This document shows positions 18,405-28,052 of a DNA stretch of 34,083 bases, piece after piece. The position numbers were made by a program, and so were the translations under genes. The stretch covers positions 1 through 34,083 of IMG/VR virus record IMGVR_UViG_2698536651_000008. One strand, given 5' to 3'. Below the pieces are notes generated by a model. It did not search any database, was not told the DNA's origin, and saw only the letters and a list, made by a program, of their open reading frames with translations. Numbering within the stretch: the stretch's first letter is position 1; the number at the start of each line of letters is the position of its first letter. Source of the DNA: a virus (taxonomy: Duplodnaviria > Heunggongvirae > Uroviricota > Caudoviricetes).

Positions 18405-18748
18405 CAGCGCGTTATCTCGGAATGAATCGCAGTGATGGCCTGACGGTCACTGACCTTGAGCATATCAGCCAGAGTATCGGCGATATCCTGCGCACACCGG
18501 TCGGCTCACGGGTGATGCGTCGTGATTACGGCTCGTTGCTGGCGTCAATGATTGACCAGCCGCAGACCCCGGCGCTTGAGTTGCAGATTAAGGTCGCCTG
18601 TTACATGGCGGTGCTGAAATGGGAACCCCGCGTCACGCTGTCATCTGTCACCACGGCGCGCAGTTTTGACGGGCGAATGACGGTCACGTTAACCGGCCAG
18701 CACAACGACACCGGCCAGCCACTTTCGTTAACCATCCCTGTGAGTTGA
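18401..18748 (+). CDS. W: Baseplate protein W (gp25-like, 115 aa)
   Basis: 115-aa ORF overlapping the V stop; matches P2 W. Confidence 0.85.
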   Translation: MTARYLGMNRSDGLTVTDLEHISQSIGDILRTPVGSRVMRRDYGSLLASMIDQPQTPALELQIKVACYMAVLKWEPRVTLSSVTTARSFDGRMTVTLTGQHNDTGQPLSLTIPVS

Positions 18749-18752
18749 AACC

Positions 18753-19661
18753 ATGCCGATTATCGACCTGAACCAGCTACCCGCACCGGATGTGGTCGAG
18801 GAGCTGGACTTTGAAACCATTCTCGCCGAACGCAAGGCGACACTGATTTCCCTTTACCCGGAAGACCAGCAGGAGGCGGTCGCCCGTACCCTGACGCTGG
18901 AATCTGAGCCTCTCGTCAAACTGCTGGAGGAAAATGCTTATCGTGAGCTTATCTGGCGTCAGCGTGTGAATGAGGCTGCACGGGCGGTGATGCTGGCCTG
19001 TGCAGCCGGTAATGACCTTGATGTGATTGGTGCCAATTACAACACCACGCGCCTGATTATCACCCCGGCAGATGATTCGACCATCCCGCCGACACCGGCA
19101 GTGATGGAATCTGACACCGATTATCGTCTGCGTATTCAGCAGGCGTTTGAAGGTTTAAGCGTCGCCGGGTCGGTGGGTGCCTATCAGTATCATGGCCGCA
19201 GTGCCGACGGGCGTGTCGCGGATATCTCTGTCACCAGTCCGTCTCCGGCCTGCGTCACCATCTCTGTGCTGTCACGTGAGAATAACGGTGTGGCATCCGA
19301 AGACCTGCTGGCTGTGGTACGTAACGCCCTTAATGGCGAGGATGTCAGGCCGGTGGCCGACCGCGTGACCGTGCAGTCTGCCGCCATCGTTGAATACCAG
19401 ATAAACGCCACGCTTTACCTTTACCCTGGTCCCGAAAGCGAACCCATCCGCGCGGCCGCAGTAAAAAAACTGGAAGCGTATATCACGGCACAGCACCGGC
19501 TGGGGCGCGACATCCGTCTGTCTGCCATTTATGCCGCTTTGCATGTGGAAGGCGTGCAGCGTGTCGAACTGACTGCACCACTGGCTGACATCGTGCTCAA
19601 CAGTACGCAGGCGTCTTTCTGTACCGAATACCGCGTCGTGACCGGAGGCTCGGATGAGTGA
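18753..19661 (+). CDS. J: Baseplate wedge protein J (302 aa)
   Basis: 302-aa ORF; matches P2 J length and order. Confidence 0.85.
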   Translation: MPIIDLNQLPAPDVVEELDFETILAERKATLISLYPEDQQEAVARTLTLESEPLVKLLEENAYRELIWRQRVNEAARAVMLACAAGNDLDVIGANYNTTRLIITPADDSTIPPTPAVMESDTDYRLRIQQAFEGLSVAGSVGAYQYHGRSADGRVADISVTSPSPACVTISVLSRENNGVASEDLLAVVRNALNGEDVRPVADRVTVQSAAIVEYQINATLYLYPGPESEPIRAAAVKKLEAYITAQHRLGRDIRLSAIYAALHVEGVQRVELTAPLADIVLNSTQASFCTEYRVVTGGSDE

Positions 19662-20184
19662 TTCGCGACTGCTGCCGACCGGCTCATCACCGCTTGAAGT
19701 TGCTGCCGCAAAAGCCTGTGCGGAAATTGAAAAAACGCCGGTCAGTATTCGTGAGCTGTGGAACCCGGATACCTGTCCGGCAAATCTGCTGCCGTGGCTG
19801 GCGTGGGCGTTTTCGGTCGACAGGTGGGATGAAAAGTGGCCGGAAGCGACAAAACGCGCCGTTATCCGCGATGCGTATTTCATTCATTGTCATAAAGGCA
19901 CTGTCGGCGCAATCCGGCGTGTGGTGGAGCCGCTCGGCTATCTCATTAACGTAAAGGAATGGTGGGAGACAAACGACCCGCCCGGAACCTTTCGCCTTGA
20001 TATCGGTGTGCTGGAAAGCGGTATCACGGAGGAGATGTATCTGGAAATGGAACGGCTGATTGCCGATGCCAAACCCGCAAGTCGCCACCTTATCGGCCTG
20101 AACATTATCCAGGACATTCCCGGCTATCTGTATACAGGCGGTGTGGTCTGTGATGGTGATGTTATTACTGTTTATCCCGGATAA
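19654..20184 (+). CDS. I: Baseplate protein I (176 aa)
   Basis: 176-aa ORF overlapping the J stop; matches P2 I. Confidence 0.8.
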   Translation: MSDSRLLPTGSSPLEVAAAKACAEIEKTPVSIRELWNPDTCPANLLPWLAWAFSVDRWDEKWPEATKRAVIRDAYFIHCHKGTVGAIRRVVEPLGYLINVKEWWETNDPPGTFRLDIGVLESGITEEMYLEMERLIADAKPASRHLIGLNIIQDIPGYLYTGGVVCDGDVITVYPG

Positions 20185-20194
20185 GTGAGAAACA

Positions 20195-22813
20195 ATGAGC
20201 ACGAAATTTAAAACCGTTATCACTACTGCCGGAGCCGCAAAGCTGGCAGCCGCCACTGTCCCCGGCGGGAAAAAAGTAAACCTGTCTGCAATGGCCGTGG
20301 GTGACGGTAATGGCAAATTGCCGGTGCCGGATGCCGGTCAGACGAAACTGGTGCATGAGGTCTGGCGTCACGCTCTGAATAAAGTCAGCGTGGATAACAA
20401 GAATAAAAACTATATCGTGGCTGAACTGGTTGTACCGCCCGAAGTGGGCGGCTTCTGGATGCGTGAGCTTGGTCTGTATGACGATGCCGGAACACTGATT
20501 GCGGTATCCAACATGGCAGAAAGCTATAAGCCAGAACTGGCTGAAGGCTCCGGACGTGCGCAGACCTGCCGCATGGTTATTATTCTCAGCAACGTGGCGT
20601 CCGTTGAGCTGAGTATTGATGCCAGCACGGTGATGGCGACGCAGGATTACGTCGATGACAAAATCGCAGAGCATGAGCAGTCCCGCCGCCATCCTGACGC
20701 CACGCTGACAGAAAAAGGTTTTACTCAGTTAAGCAGTGCAACAAACAGCACCAGTGAAAAGCTGGCGGCAACGCCAAAGGCAGTAAAAGCAGCCTATGAC
20801 AATGCTGAGAAACGTCTGCAGAAAGACCAGAACGGTGGCGATATTCCAGATAAGGACGCTTTTCTGGACAATATTGGCGTTACCAGCCTGACGTTTATGA
20901 AAAACAACGGCGAAATGCCGGTTGATGCTGATCTGAATACATTTGGTCCTGTTAAGGCTTATTCAGGTATCTGGTCTAAAGCAACATCCACCAACGCAAC
21001 ACTGGAGAAAAATTTCCCTGAAGACGGTGCAGTCGGTGTGCTTGAGGTATTCAATGGCGGTAATTTTGCAGGAATGCAGCGTTATACCACCAGAACAGGC
21101 AATGTTTATATGCGCAACCTTTCTGGCACCTGGAATGGCTCAGACGGTCCGTGGAGCTACTGGCGTCAGATTCAGTCAGCAACACGCCCCCTTAGTACAA
21201 CCATTGACCTGAACACGCTCGGAGACGCAGAGCATCTTGGCTTATGGCGAAACAGTAGTGGCTCTATCGCTTCATTTGACCGCAACTATCCGGAAGAAGG
21301 AAGTTATGGTCAGGGACTCCTTGAAGTTCTTGAAGGTGGTGGGTACTCACGCATGCAACGCTACACGACCCGCCGTGGGAATGTATATGTTCGCTGCCTT
21401 TCTGCTACATGGAATGCAGAGAATCCACAGTGGGAACCGTGGTTAAGAGTCGGTCATCAGTCAGAGAGTCGTTATTACGACGGGGATTTGAATGATGTGA
21501 CTTCACCAGGTATTTACAGCGTTACAGGGAAGGCGACAAACGGTCCAATGCAGGATACCGCTGGAGCGACACTGCTTGGGATACTGGAAGTAATCAGACG
21601 TTTTGATGGTGTATCTGTCTGGCAGCGTTACACAACCACAGGGAAAGCAGAAACCACAAAGGGGCGCACTTTTGAGCGCGTCTATACCGGCAGCTCGTGG
21701 AGCGAATGGCGGGAAGTCTACACCTCGTATTCACTTCCCCTGAATCTGGGTATCGGCGGTGCAGTGGCAAAACTCACCAGCCTGGACTGGCAGACCCACG
21801 ACTTTGTGCCGGGCAGTCTGATAACCGTTCGGCTTGATAACATGACCAATATTCCCGACGGTATGGACTGGGGCGTCATTGATGGCAACCTGATAAACAT
21901 CGCAGTTGGTCCGAGTGATGATTCCGGTACTGGGCGCTCAATGCATGTATGGCGCAGCACTGTAAGTAAAGCGAACTACCGCTTTTTTATGGTGCGTATT
22001 TCAGGAAATCCGGGAAGCCGCACGATCACGACAAGACGTGTGCCAATTATCGACGAAGCTCAGACATGGGCGGCGAAACAAACCTTCAGCGCCGGTCTTT
22101 CAGGCGAACTGTCCGGCAATGCGGCTACAGCTACAAAGCTGAAAACGGCAAGGGCGATTAATGGCGTAACGTTTGACGGGACGAAAGATATTGAAGCGTT
22201 TCCGCCAGGTGTTCCGTTGCCGTGGCCATCAGATACACCACCTGCGGGCTATGCAATTATGCAGGGGCAGACGTTTGATAAGGCTGCATATCCGAAACTG
22301 GCTGTTGCCTATCCTTCAGGTGTTATTCCTGATATGCGCGGCTGGACAATCAAGGGCAAACCTGCCAGTGGGCGTGCCGTATTGTCACAGGAACAGGACG
22401 GGATTAAATCGCATACTCACAGCGCCAGTGCGTCAAATACGGATTTGGGAACGAAAACAACCAGTTCATTTGATTACGGGACAAAAACAGTCAGTACGTT
22501 TAACCACGGCACAAAATCAACCAATACTTCTGGCAATCATACACATACCGTCGGTTTTGCTGTGAGCGTGCAATCAGGCGGTGCAGATTATGGTGTTCCG
22601 CGAAGTGATAAAGGTGCTACGACTACAAGTTCATCAGGCAATCATGCACATACAGTCGACATTGGAGCACATAACCATACTGTTGGTATTGGTGCACATT
22701 CACACACGGTTGCTATTGGCTCACACGGGCACTCTATTACCGTTAATGCTACAGGTAATACAGAAAATACCGTAAAAAACATCGCATTTAACTATATTGT
22801 GAGGCTTGCATAA
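20195..22813 (+). CDS. H: Tail fibre protein H, enlarged mosaic variant (872 aa)
   Basis: The N-terminal ~200 aa ([25 protein letters not shown]...) look like the P2 H baseplate-proximal region, but the protein is longer than the P2 H I recall. It has three tandem ~80-90 aa repeats (...[22 protein letters not shown]... / ...[22 protein letters not shown]... / ...[22 protein letters not shown]...) and a C-terminal His-rich GxHxHTV repeat array. Confidence 0.85.
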   Translation: MSTKFKTVITTAGAAKLAAATVPGGKKVNLSAMAVGDGNGKLPVPDAGQTKLVHEVWRHALNKVSVDNKNKNYIVAELVVPPEVGGFWMRELGLYDDAGTLIAVSNMAESYKPELAEGSGRAQTCRMVIILSNVASVELSIDASTVMATQDYVDDKIAEHEQSRRHPDATLTEKGFTQLSSATNSTSEKLAATPKAVKAAYDNAEKRLQKDQNGGDIPDKDAFLDNIGVTSLTFMKNNGEMPVDADLNTFGPVKAYSGIWSKATSTNATLEKNFPEDGAVGVLEVFNGGNFAGMQRYTTRTGNVYMRNLSGTWNGSDGPWSYWRQIQSATRPLSTTIDLNTLGDAEHLGLWRNSSGSIASFDRNYPEEGSYGQGLLEVLEGGGYSRMQRYTTRRGNVYVRCLSATWNAENPQWEPWLRVGHQSESRYYDGDLNDVTSPGIYSVTGKATNGPMQDTAGATLLGILEVIRRFDGVSVWQRYTTTGKAETTKGRTFERVYTGSSWSEWREVYTSYSLPLNLGIGGAVAKLTSLDWQTHDFVPGSLITVRLDNMTNIPDGMDWGVIDGNLINIAVGPSDDSGTGRSMHVWRSTVSKANYRFFMVRISGNPGSRTITTRRVPIIDEAQTWAAKQTFSAGLSGELSGNAATATKLKTARAINGVTFDGTKDIEAFPPGVPLPWPSDTPPAGYAIMQGQTFDKAAYPKLAVAYPSGVIPDMRGWTIKGKPASGRAVLSQEQDGIKSHTHSASASNTDLGTKTTSSFDYGTKTVSTFNHGTKSTNTSGNHTHTVGFAVSVQSGGADYGVPRSDKGATTTSSSGNHAHTVDIGAHNHTVGIGAHSHTVAIGSHGHSITVNATGNTENTVKNIAFNYIVRLA

Positions 22814-23391
22814 TGGCTTTCAGAATGAGTGCAGAAGCACAAACTATCCGCGTATTTAATTTACTTGATGGAACCAATGAATTTATTGGGGAAAGTGACG
22901 CGTATATTCCACCGTATACAGGTCTGCCTGCAAACAGTACAGATATTGCGCCGCCTGATATACCGGCTGGTTATGCAGCCGTTTTCAATGCAGATGAAAT
23001 AAAATGGGAGTTGATGGAAGATCATCGCGGAAAGACTGTCTACGAAACGAAAACGGGAGCAGCCATTTATATTTCTGAACTTGGCGCATTACCTCCAGAC
23101 GTGACAGCCATTTCCCCGGATGGGGATTATCAGAAATGGAACGGAAATGCGTGGGTGAATGATGAGAATGCAGAGCGTGATGCGCTTGTCAGAGCGGCTG
23201 ACTCTCAGAAGAAAGAGCTGATTGCATATGCAGGTGAAATTATTGCCACGCTGCAGGATGCTGTCGATTTAGATATGGCTACCGAGGAAGAAAAGTTAAG
23301 CCTGACACACTGGAAAAAATACCGTGTGCTACTGAATCGCGTTCAGCCGGAAGATGCTCCGGATATAGAATGGCCTGAAATGCCACAATAA
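22813..23391 (+). CDS. G: Tail fibre assembly chaperone G (192 aa)
   Basis: ORF starting at the H stop (TAATG overlap), in the P2 G position. Confidence 0.8.
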   Translation: MAFRMSAEAQTIRVFNLLDGTNEFIGESDAYIPPYTGLPANSTDIAPPDIPAGYAAVFNADEIKWELMEDHRGKTVYETKTGAAIYISELGALPPDVTAISPDGDYQKWNGNAWVNDENAERDALVRAADSQKKELIAYAGEIIATLQDAVDLDMATEEEKLSLTHWKKYRVLLNRVQPEDAPDIEWPEMPQ

Positions 23392-24085
23392 ATCGTATTA
23401 GATCTGGTGTGAGATTACTCATCTATGGCACAGAGTAAAACCTAATCTGACAGTCCGCTCTGTGCCTGTAGCGGAAGTATTGTGCTTGCGACAGCTATGG
23501 AAAACGCACTGCGAACGGTGAATCCGGAGAGAAAAGATTATCTATTCTTAAGCTCGGATCACTACGGCGTCCGTCGTACGGTGTGGTCGGGGCATCTTAA
23601 TAGCATCGACGCAGAACGTTATTTGCGCAATGTACGGTCGGTAATCGCGATCATCCAATCATTTGCGTAAACCAACTCTTGCATTGGTGTACCATCCTGC
23701 ATGGGGAATAATCTCCGAGTCATGCATGCTGTCAATACGGCTCTCGCGGGACTCTTGCTGAGAAACTCAACCCATCTTCACTAAAAATGCAGTATCCTGC
23801 GAAGTTCTTATTTCTAATTCACTTGATAAAAATCTTTATAGTTCTCCTTTCCGTAAAACTTCCTGCGTTATTTCTTCTTTTCAGCCCCATCAATACATCG
23901 AGAAGGCATGCGAAGCATTAAAAAAACTCTCTAAATTTCCGAAAAATAGGAAATTTGCTTGGTATAATCGAGATTGAGATACACATGTTCTCATACCCCC
24001 TGCCGGGCAAGCACGGTAGGGATTATTTTCAATCAATATGGAGAGGAGCCTATGGCTTAATCTGTTTATAGAAGGAGTAGTAAAA

Positions 24086-24796
24086 ATGACCAAATGGACA
24101 TTTGAAAAAAATATTGTTGCACAAGGAATTGCTGCAAAAAATAAATCTGGACGTATTCCGGCGATTGACATTCAACCAGGCTCTGGTCTTTTGAAGCGTC
24201 ATCAAATGGCGTTGTATGAAAGCGCAATCAACTTCAGAGCGCCAATTGAGGAAAATGAATGTGGGCGATACAACCCCCCAGGGGGATGTGTGGCGGTATG
24301 GTATGCCTCTGACTCTGCGTTAACGGCGGCGGCAGAAGCTTATGGGCGTTTGCTCCATCTCGAAGGGACGATTTCTTATCCTGAATCGGTACTTTCACAA
24401 CACTATATGTGCTCTGTGGATGTCATGAGGCCAGTGAAAGTGATCGATGTTGTAGCGCTCTGTGAGTTGTTACATATTCCTTTGGATAGCTTAGAGAACG
24501 AGGATTACACTTTTACTCAATGGCTAATGGAACATCTTTATACACATTTCGGGCGTGACTATGACGGGATAGCCTATACCTCAAGGCATAAACGCTATAA
24601 ACGCTGTTATGCCTTTTGGGAACGACCGGATAGTACACCAGCCTTTACCGATACCCCTCAGGGGATGGTGCCTTATGCCAGTTACATCGAAAATGACGAA
24701 GGTATCTTCCCTAAAGGGTGGCACAAAGGAACGATGTCAGGTGAAGAGATGTTCGAAGAACTGCTTGGATTCGAAATTACGCCAGAACCAATGTAA
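24086..24796 (+). CDS. RES-domain protein (putative NAD+-targeting toxin/effector), about 236 aa
   Basis: Motifs GRYNPPGGCVAVWYASDSALTAAAEA and DGIAYTSRH...CYAFWE resemble the conserved Arg / Glu / Ser blocks of RES-domain toxins (recognised by eye). Start chosen at MTKWTF (ATG 24086) with SD GAAGGAG; AT-rich cargo at the P2 Z/fun position. Confidence 0.55.
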   Translation: MTKWTFEKNIVAQGIAAKNKSGRIPAIDIQPGSGLLKRHQMALYESAINFRAPIEENECGRYNPPGGCVAVWYASDSALTAAAEAYGRLLHLEGTISYPESVLSQHYMCSVDVMRPVKVIDVVALCELLHIPLDSLENEDYTFTQWLMEHLYTHFGRDYDGIAYTSRHKRYKRCYAFWERPDSTPAFTDTPQGMVPYASYIENDEGIFPKGWHKGTMSGEEMFEELLGFEITPEPM

Positions 24797-24798
24797 AC

Positions 24799-24828
24799 CA
24801 AAGAGGGGCTGGCTAGCCCCTCTTTTTA
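24799..24828. terminator. Bidirectional rho-independent terminator between the convergent cargo genes
   Basis: AAA-agaggggc-tggcta-gcccctct-TTTTT: 8-bp GC-rich stem flanked by an A-run and a T-run. Confidence 0.5.
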
Positions 24829-24834
24829 AAACAA

Positions 24835-25479
24835 TTAACTGGATACATGATTTCCGAACTGTTTAGCGGCACGGATAGCCAGACTAAGTTCACTATTTTT
24901 AGCGCCGTCCTGCATGATTTGAATCGGCGTCTTTTTCAGGCCTTCGCTATTAACCTCTATTGGTGATTTCAGCACACCCAACCTCAGCATTGGATGGGTA
25001 TTCTCGTCAAATGCCGCCATTACGTCTTCAAAGCCGGGAATCAGCCCGTTATCTGTGAACTGAAATTTCGGGAAAATAAAATCACCGTTCTGCTTGAATG
25101 CTAAAAGCTTGTTCTTCTTAACGCGAATGTTGATCGCCTGGCGGGTGATTCCAAGAATATCGACCACGTCATTTACCTTTAGCGTACCGCCTAACTCCTG
25201 AAGCCCACGATAAAATCGTTCCAGATTTTCGCGACGACGGCGCACTTTACGTAGTTCGTAGTCATTGACACGAGTCTTCTGTTCGAGTTGAACGGTGTAG
25301 AGCAATTGCATCAGTGAACTATCATCCAGCGTGATAGCATTAATTGCCTGGTTTTTGTCTTCAAATTCAGGCATCAGGGAAATAGCGAGGTTGTTAATTC
25401 TTTTCAGAAGGTTCAACTGGTATTCATTCAGCTTAGCTGAAGTGTTGGTTTCCCTTTCTGCTGCGGTGTGTTTGATCAT
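24835..25479 (-). CDS. HTH-containing hypothetical protein (about 214 aa), possible Xre-like partner of the RES protein
   Basis: Start at MIKHTAAER... with SD GGAGGTG. Central helix-turn-helix-like segment LKVNDVVDILGITRQAINIRVKKNKLLAFKQNG; C-terminal ~80 aa of unknown function. Convergent with the RES gene. Confidence 0.5.
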   Translation of the reverse strand: MIKHTAAERETNTSAKLNEYQLNLLKRINNLAISLMPEFEDKNQAINAITLDDSSLMQLLYTVQLEQKTRVNDYELRKVRRRRENLERFYRGLQELGGTLKVNDVVDILGITRQAINIRVKKNKLLAFKQNGDFIFPKFQFTDNGLIPGFEDVMAAFDENTHPMLRLGVLKSPIEVNSEGLKKTPIQIMQDGAKNSELSLAIRAAKQFGNHVSS

Positions 25480-25846
25480 TGTGCACCTCCATTTGACGAT
25501 TATCATAATTCATTTTATTGGAATGGTCAAATTCAAGGGCAAGCAATCTATGGTCAATCAAGGCGTAATTCTTTGGCATAGACCCGATTGACTCATGCAC
25601 CGTGATGTTAGCATGCACATAATTATGGTTATCCACACCTCGTACAAATCAGTCTGCCAGACTTGATAGCTTTTTGGCTATGTAAATTGTCAGTCGTAAA
25701 ATTAGTGAGTACAAATCAGGACAGGTGGGCGAATTGCCCGCCTTTTCTTTATCTGTTGTTTCATCCACTGACCAGCCAGGTCAAATAGCGTCTCATGTAC
25801 TACCCAACGGAAAATAGTTGCACCCATTAACCACGGAGTTAAACGG

Positions 25847-27037
25847 ATGAGTGACTATCATCACGGCGTGCAGGTGCTGGAGATTAACGACGGCACCCGC
25901 GTCATTTCCACCGTATCCACGGCCATTGTCGGCATGGTCTGCACGGCCAGCGATGCGGATGCGGAAACCTTCCCCCTCAATAAACCGGTGCTGATCACCA
26001 ATGTGCAGAGCGCAATTGCAAAGGCCGGTAAAAAAGGCACGCTGGCGGCATCGTTACAGGCCATCGCCGACCAGTCAAAACCGGTCACCGTTGTCGTGCG
26101 TGTGGAAGACGGCACCGGCGACGACGAGGAAACGAAACTCGCGCAGACCGTTTCCAATATCATTGGCACCACCGACGAAAACGGTCAGTACACCGGACTG
26201 AAAGCCCTGCTGGCGGCGGAGTCGGTAACCGGTGTTAAACCGCGTATTCTCGGTGTGCCGGGACTGGACACCAAAGAGGTGGCTGTTGCACTGGTATCCG
26301 TCTGTCAGAAGCTGCGCGCTTTCGGGTATATCAGCGCATGGGGCTGTAAAACCATTTCCGAGGTGAAAGCCTACCGCCAGAATTTCAGCCAGCGTGAGCT
26401 GATGGTCATCTGGCCGGATTTCCTCGCATGGGATACGGTCACCAGTACCACCGCCACCGCGTATGCCACCGCCCGTGCGCTGGGTCTGCGCGCTAAAATC
26501 GACCAGGAGCAGGGCTGGCATAAAACGCTGTCCAACGTCGGGGTAAACGGTGTTACCGGCATCAGCGCATCTGTATTCTGGGATTTGCAGGAGTCCGGCA
26601 CCGATGCTGACCTGCTTAACGAGTCAGGCGTCACTACGCTGATTCGCCGCGACGGTTTCCGATTCTGGGGTAACCGTACCTGCTCTGATGACCCGCTGTT
26701 CCTCTTTGAAAACTACACCCGCACCGCGCAGGTGCTGGCCGACACGATGGCTGAGGCGCACATGTGGGCGGTGGACAAGCCCATCACCGCAACGCTGATT
26801 CGCGACATCGTTGACGGCATCAATGCCAAATTCCGTGAGCTGAAAACAAACGGCTATATCGTGGATGCGACCTGCTGGTTCAGCGAAGAATCCAACGATG
26901 CGGAAACCCTCAAGGCCGGAAAACTGTATATCGACTACGACTATACACCGGTGCCTCCTCTTGAAAACCTGACCCTGCGCCAGCGTATTACCGATAAATA
27001 CCTGGCAAATCTGGTCACCTCGGTTAACAGCAATTAA
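25847..27037 (+). CDS. FI: Tail sheath protein FI (396 aa)
   Basis: 396-aa ORF MSDYHHGVQVLEINDGTRVI...; matches P2 FI. Confidence 0.9.
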   Translation: MSDYHHGVQVLEINDGTRVISTVSTAIVGMVCTASDADAETFPLNKPVLITNVQSAIAKAGKKGTLAASLQAIADQSKPVTVVVRVEDGTGDDEETKLAQTVSNIIGTTDENGQYTGLKALLAAESVTGVKPRILGVPGLDTKEVAVALVSVCQKLRAFGYISAWGCKTISEVKAYRQNFSQRELMVIWPDFLAWDTVTSTTATAYATARALGLRAKIDQEQGWHKTLSNVGVNGVTGISASVFWDLQESGTDADLLNESGVTTLIRRDGFRFWGNRTCSDDPLFLFENYTRTAQVLADTMAEAHMWAVDKPITATLIRDIVDGINAKFRELKTNGYIVDATCWFSEESNDAETLKAGKLYIDYDYTPVPPLENLTLRQRITDKYLANLVTSVNSN

Positions 27038-27049
27038 GGAGCCTGACCG

Positions 27050-27568
27050 ATGGCAATGCCGCGCAAACTCAAGTTAATGAACGTCTTTCTGAACGGCTAC
27101 AGCTATCAGGGCGTCGCGAAGTCCGTCACGCTACCAAAACTGACCCGTAAGCTCGAAAACTATCGCGGTGCGGGGATGAACGGCAGCGCACCGGTAGACC
27201 TCGGCCTTGATGACGATGCGCTGTCAATGGAGTGGTCGCTCGGTGGCTTCCCGGATTCGGTTATCTGGGAGCTTTACGCCGCAACCGGTGTGGATTCCGT
27301 ACCGATTCGTTTTGCAGGCTCTTACCAGCGCGACGATACCGGCGAAACGGTGGCCGTCGAGGTGGTCATGCGTGGACGTCAGAAAGAAATCGACACCGGC
27401 GAGGGCAAACAGGGAGAAGACACCGAGTCGAAAATCTCCGTGGTCTGCACCTATTTCCGGCTGACGATGGACGGTAAGGAGCTGGTCGAAATCGACACCA
27501 TCAACATGATTGAGAAGGTGAACGGCGTCGACCGGCTGGAGCAACACCGCCGCAATATCGGCCTGTGA
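27050..27568 (+). CDS. FII: Tail tube protein FII (172 aa)
   Basis: 172-aa ORF following the sheath gene; matches P2 FII. Confidence 0.9.
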   Translation: MAMPRKLKLMNVFLNGYSYQGVAKSVTLPKLTRKLENYRGAGMNGSAPVDLGLDDDALSMEWSLGGFPDSVIWELYAATGVDSVPIRFAGSYQRDDTGETVAVEVVMRGRQKEIDTGEGKQGEDTESKISVVCTYFRLTMDGKELVEIDTINMIEKVNGVDRLEQHRRNIGL

Positions 27569-27624
27569 TTTTCATCCGGTCAGCCTGGCTGACCGGTTAA
27601 CCCCGATTCAGAAGTGAGAAAACC

Positions 27625-27900
27625 ATGAACAAAGAAAATGTGATTACCCTGGACAATCCGGTCAAGCGTGGTGAGCAGGTTATCGAACAGGTCACGCTGA
27701 TGAAACCTAATGCCGGGACGCTGCGCGGTGTCAGTCTGGCTGCGGTCGCGAACTCCGAAGTCGATGCACTGATTAAGGTGCTGCCGCGCATGACGGCACC
27801 GATGCTGACCGAGCAGGAAGTCGCCGCGCTGGAACTGCCTGACCTTGTGGCGCTGGCCGGTAAGGTGGTCGGTTTTTTGTCGCCGAACTCGGTGCAGTAA
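27625..27900 (+). CDS. E: Tail assembly chaperone E (91 aa)
   Basis: 91-aa ORF ending just after a TTTTTTG slippery heptamer; matches P2 E. Confidence 0.8.
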   Translation: MNKENVITLDNPVKRGEQVIEQVTLMKPNAGTLRGVSLAAVANSEVDALIKVLPRMTAPMLTEQEVAALELPDLVALAGKVVGFLSPNSVQ

Positions 27901-28052
27901 CGTTCCCGAAAAATCTCTCGGTCGATGACCTGATGGCGGATGTGGCAGTGATATTTCACTGGCCGCCATCAGAACTGTATCCCATGAGCCTGACCGAACT
28001 CATCACATGGCGCGAAAAGGCGCTCCGGCGAAGCGGAAACACGAATGAGTAA
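27625..28052 (+). CDS. E': E+E' -1 programmed-frameshift product (predicted 142 aa)
   Basis: Slippery heptamer T_TTT_TTG at 27873-27879. Reading in the -1 frame from 27879 I find an open frame to a TAA at 28050-28052, overlapping the T start, giving 84+1+57 = 142 aa, which equals the P2 E+E' length I recall. Confidence 0.6.

Noticed and set aside
17547-18463. Minus-strand ORFs (174, 90 and 146 aa) across S, V and W
   Set aside because: Antisense to the uninterrupted R-S-V-W-J-I baseplate gene string; no signals; spurious.
23890-24171. 93-aa minus-strand ORF overlapping the RES gene start
   Set aside because: Overlaps the promoter/5' end of the better-supported plus-strand RES gene and has no SD; likely an artefact of AT-rich sequence.
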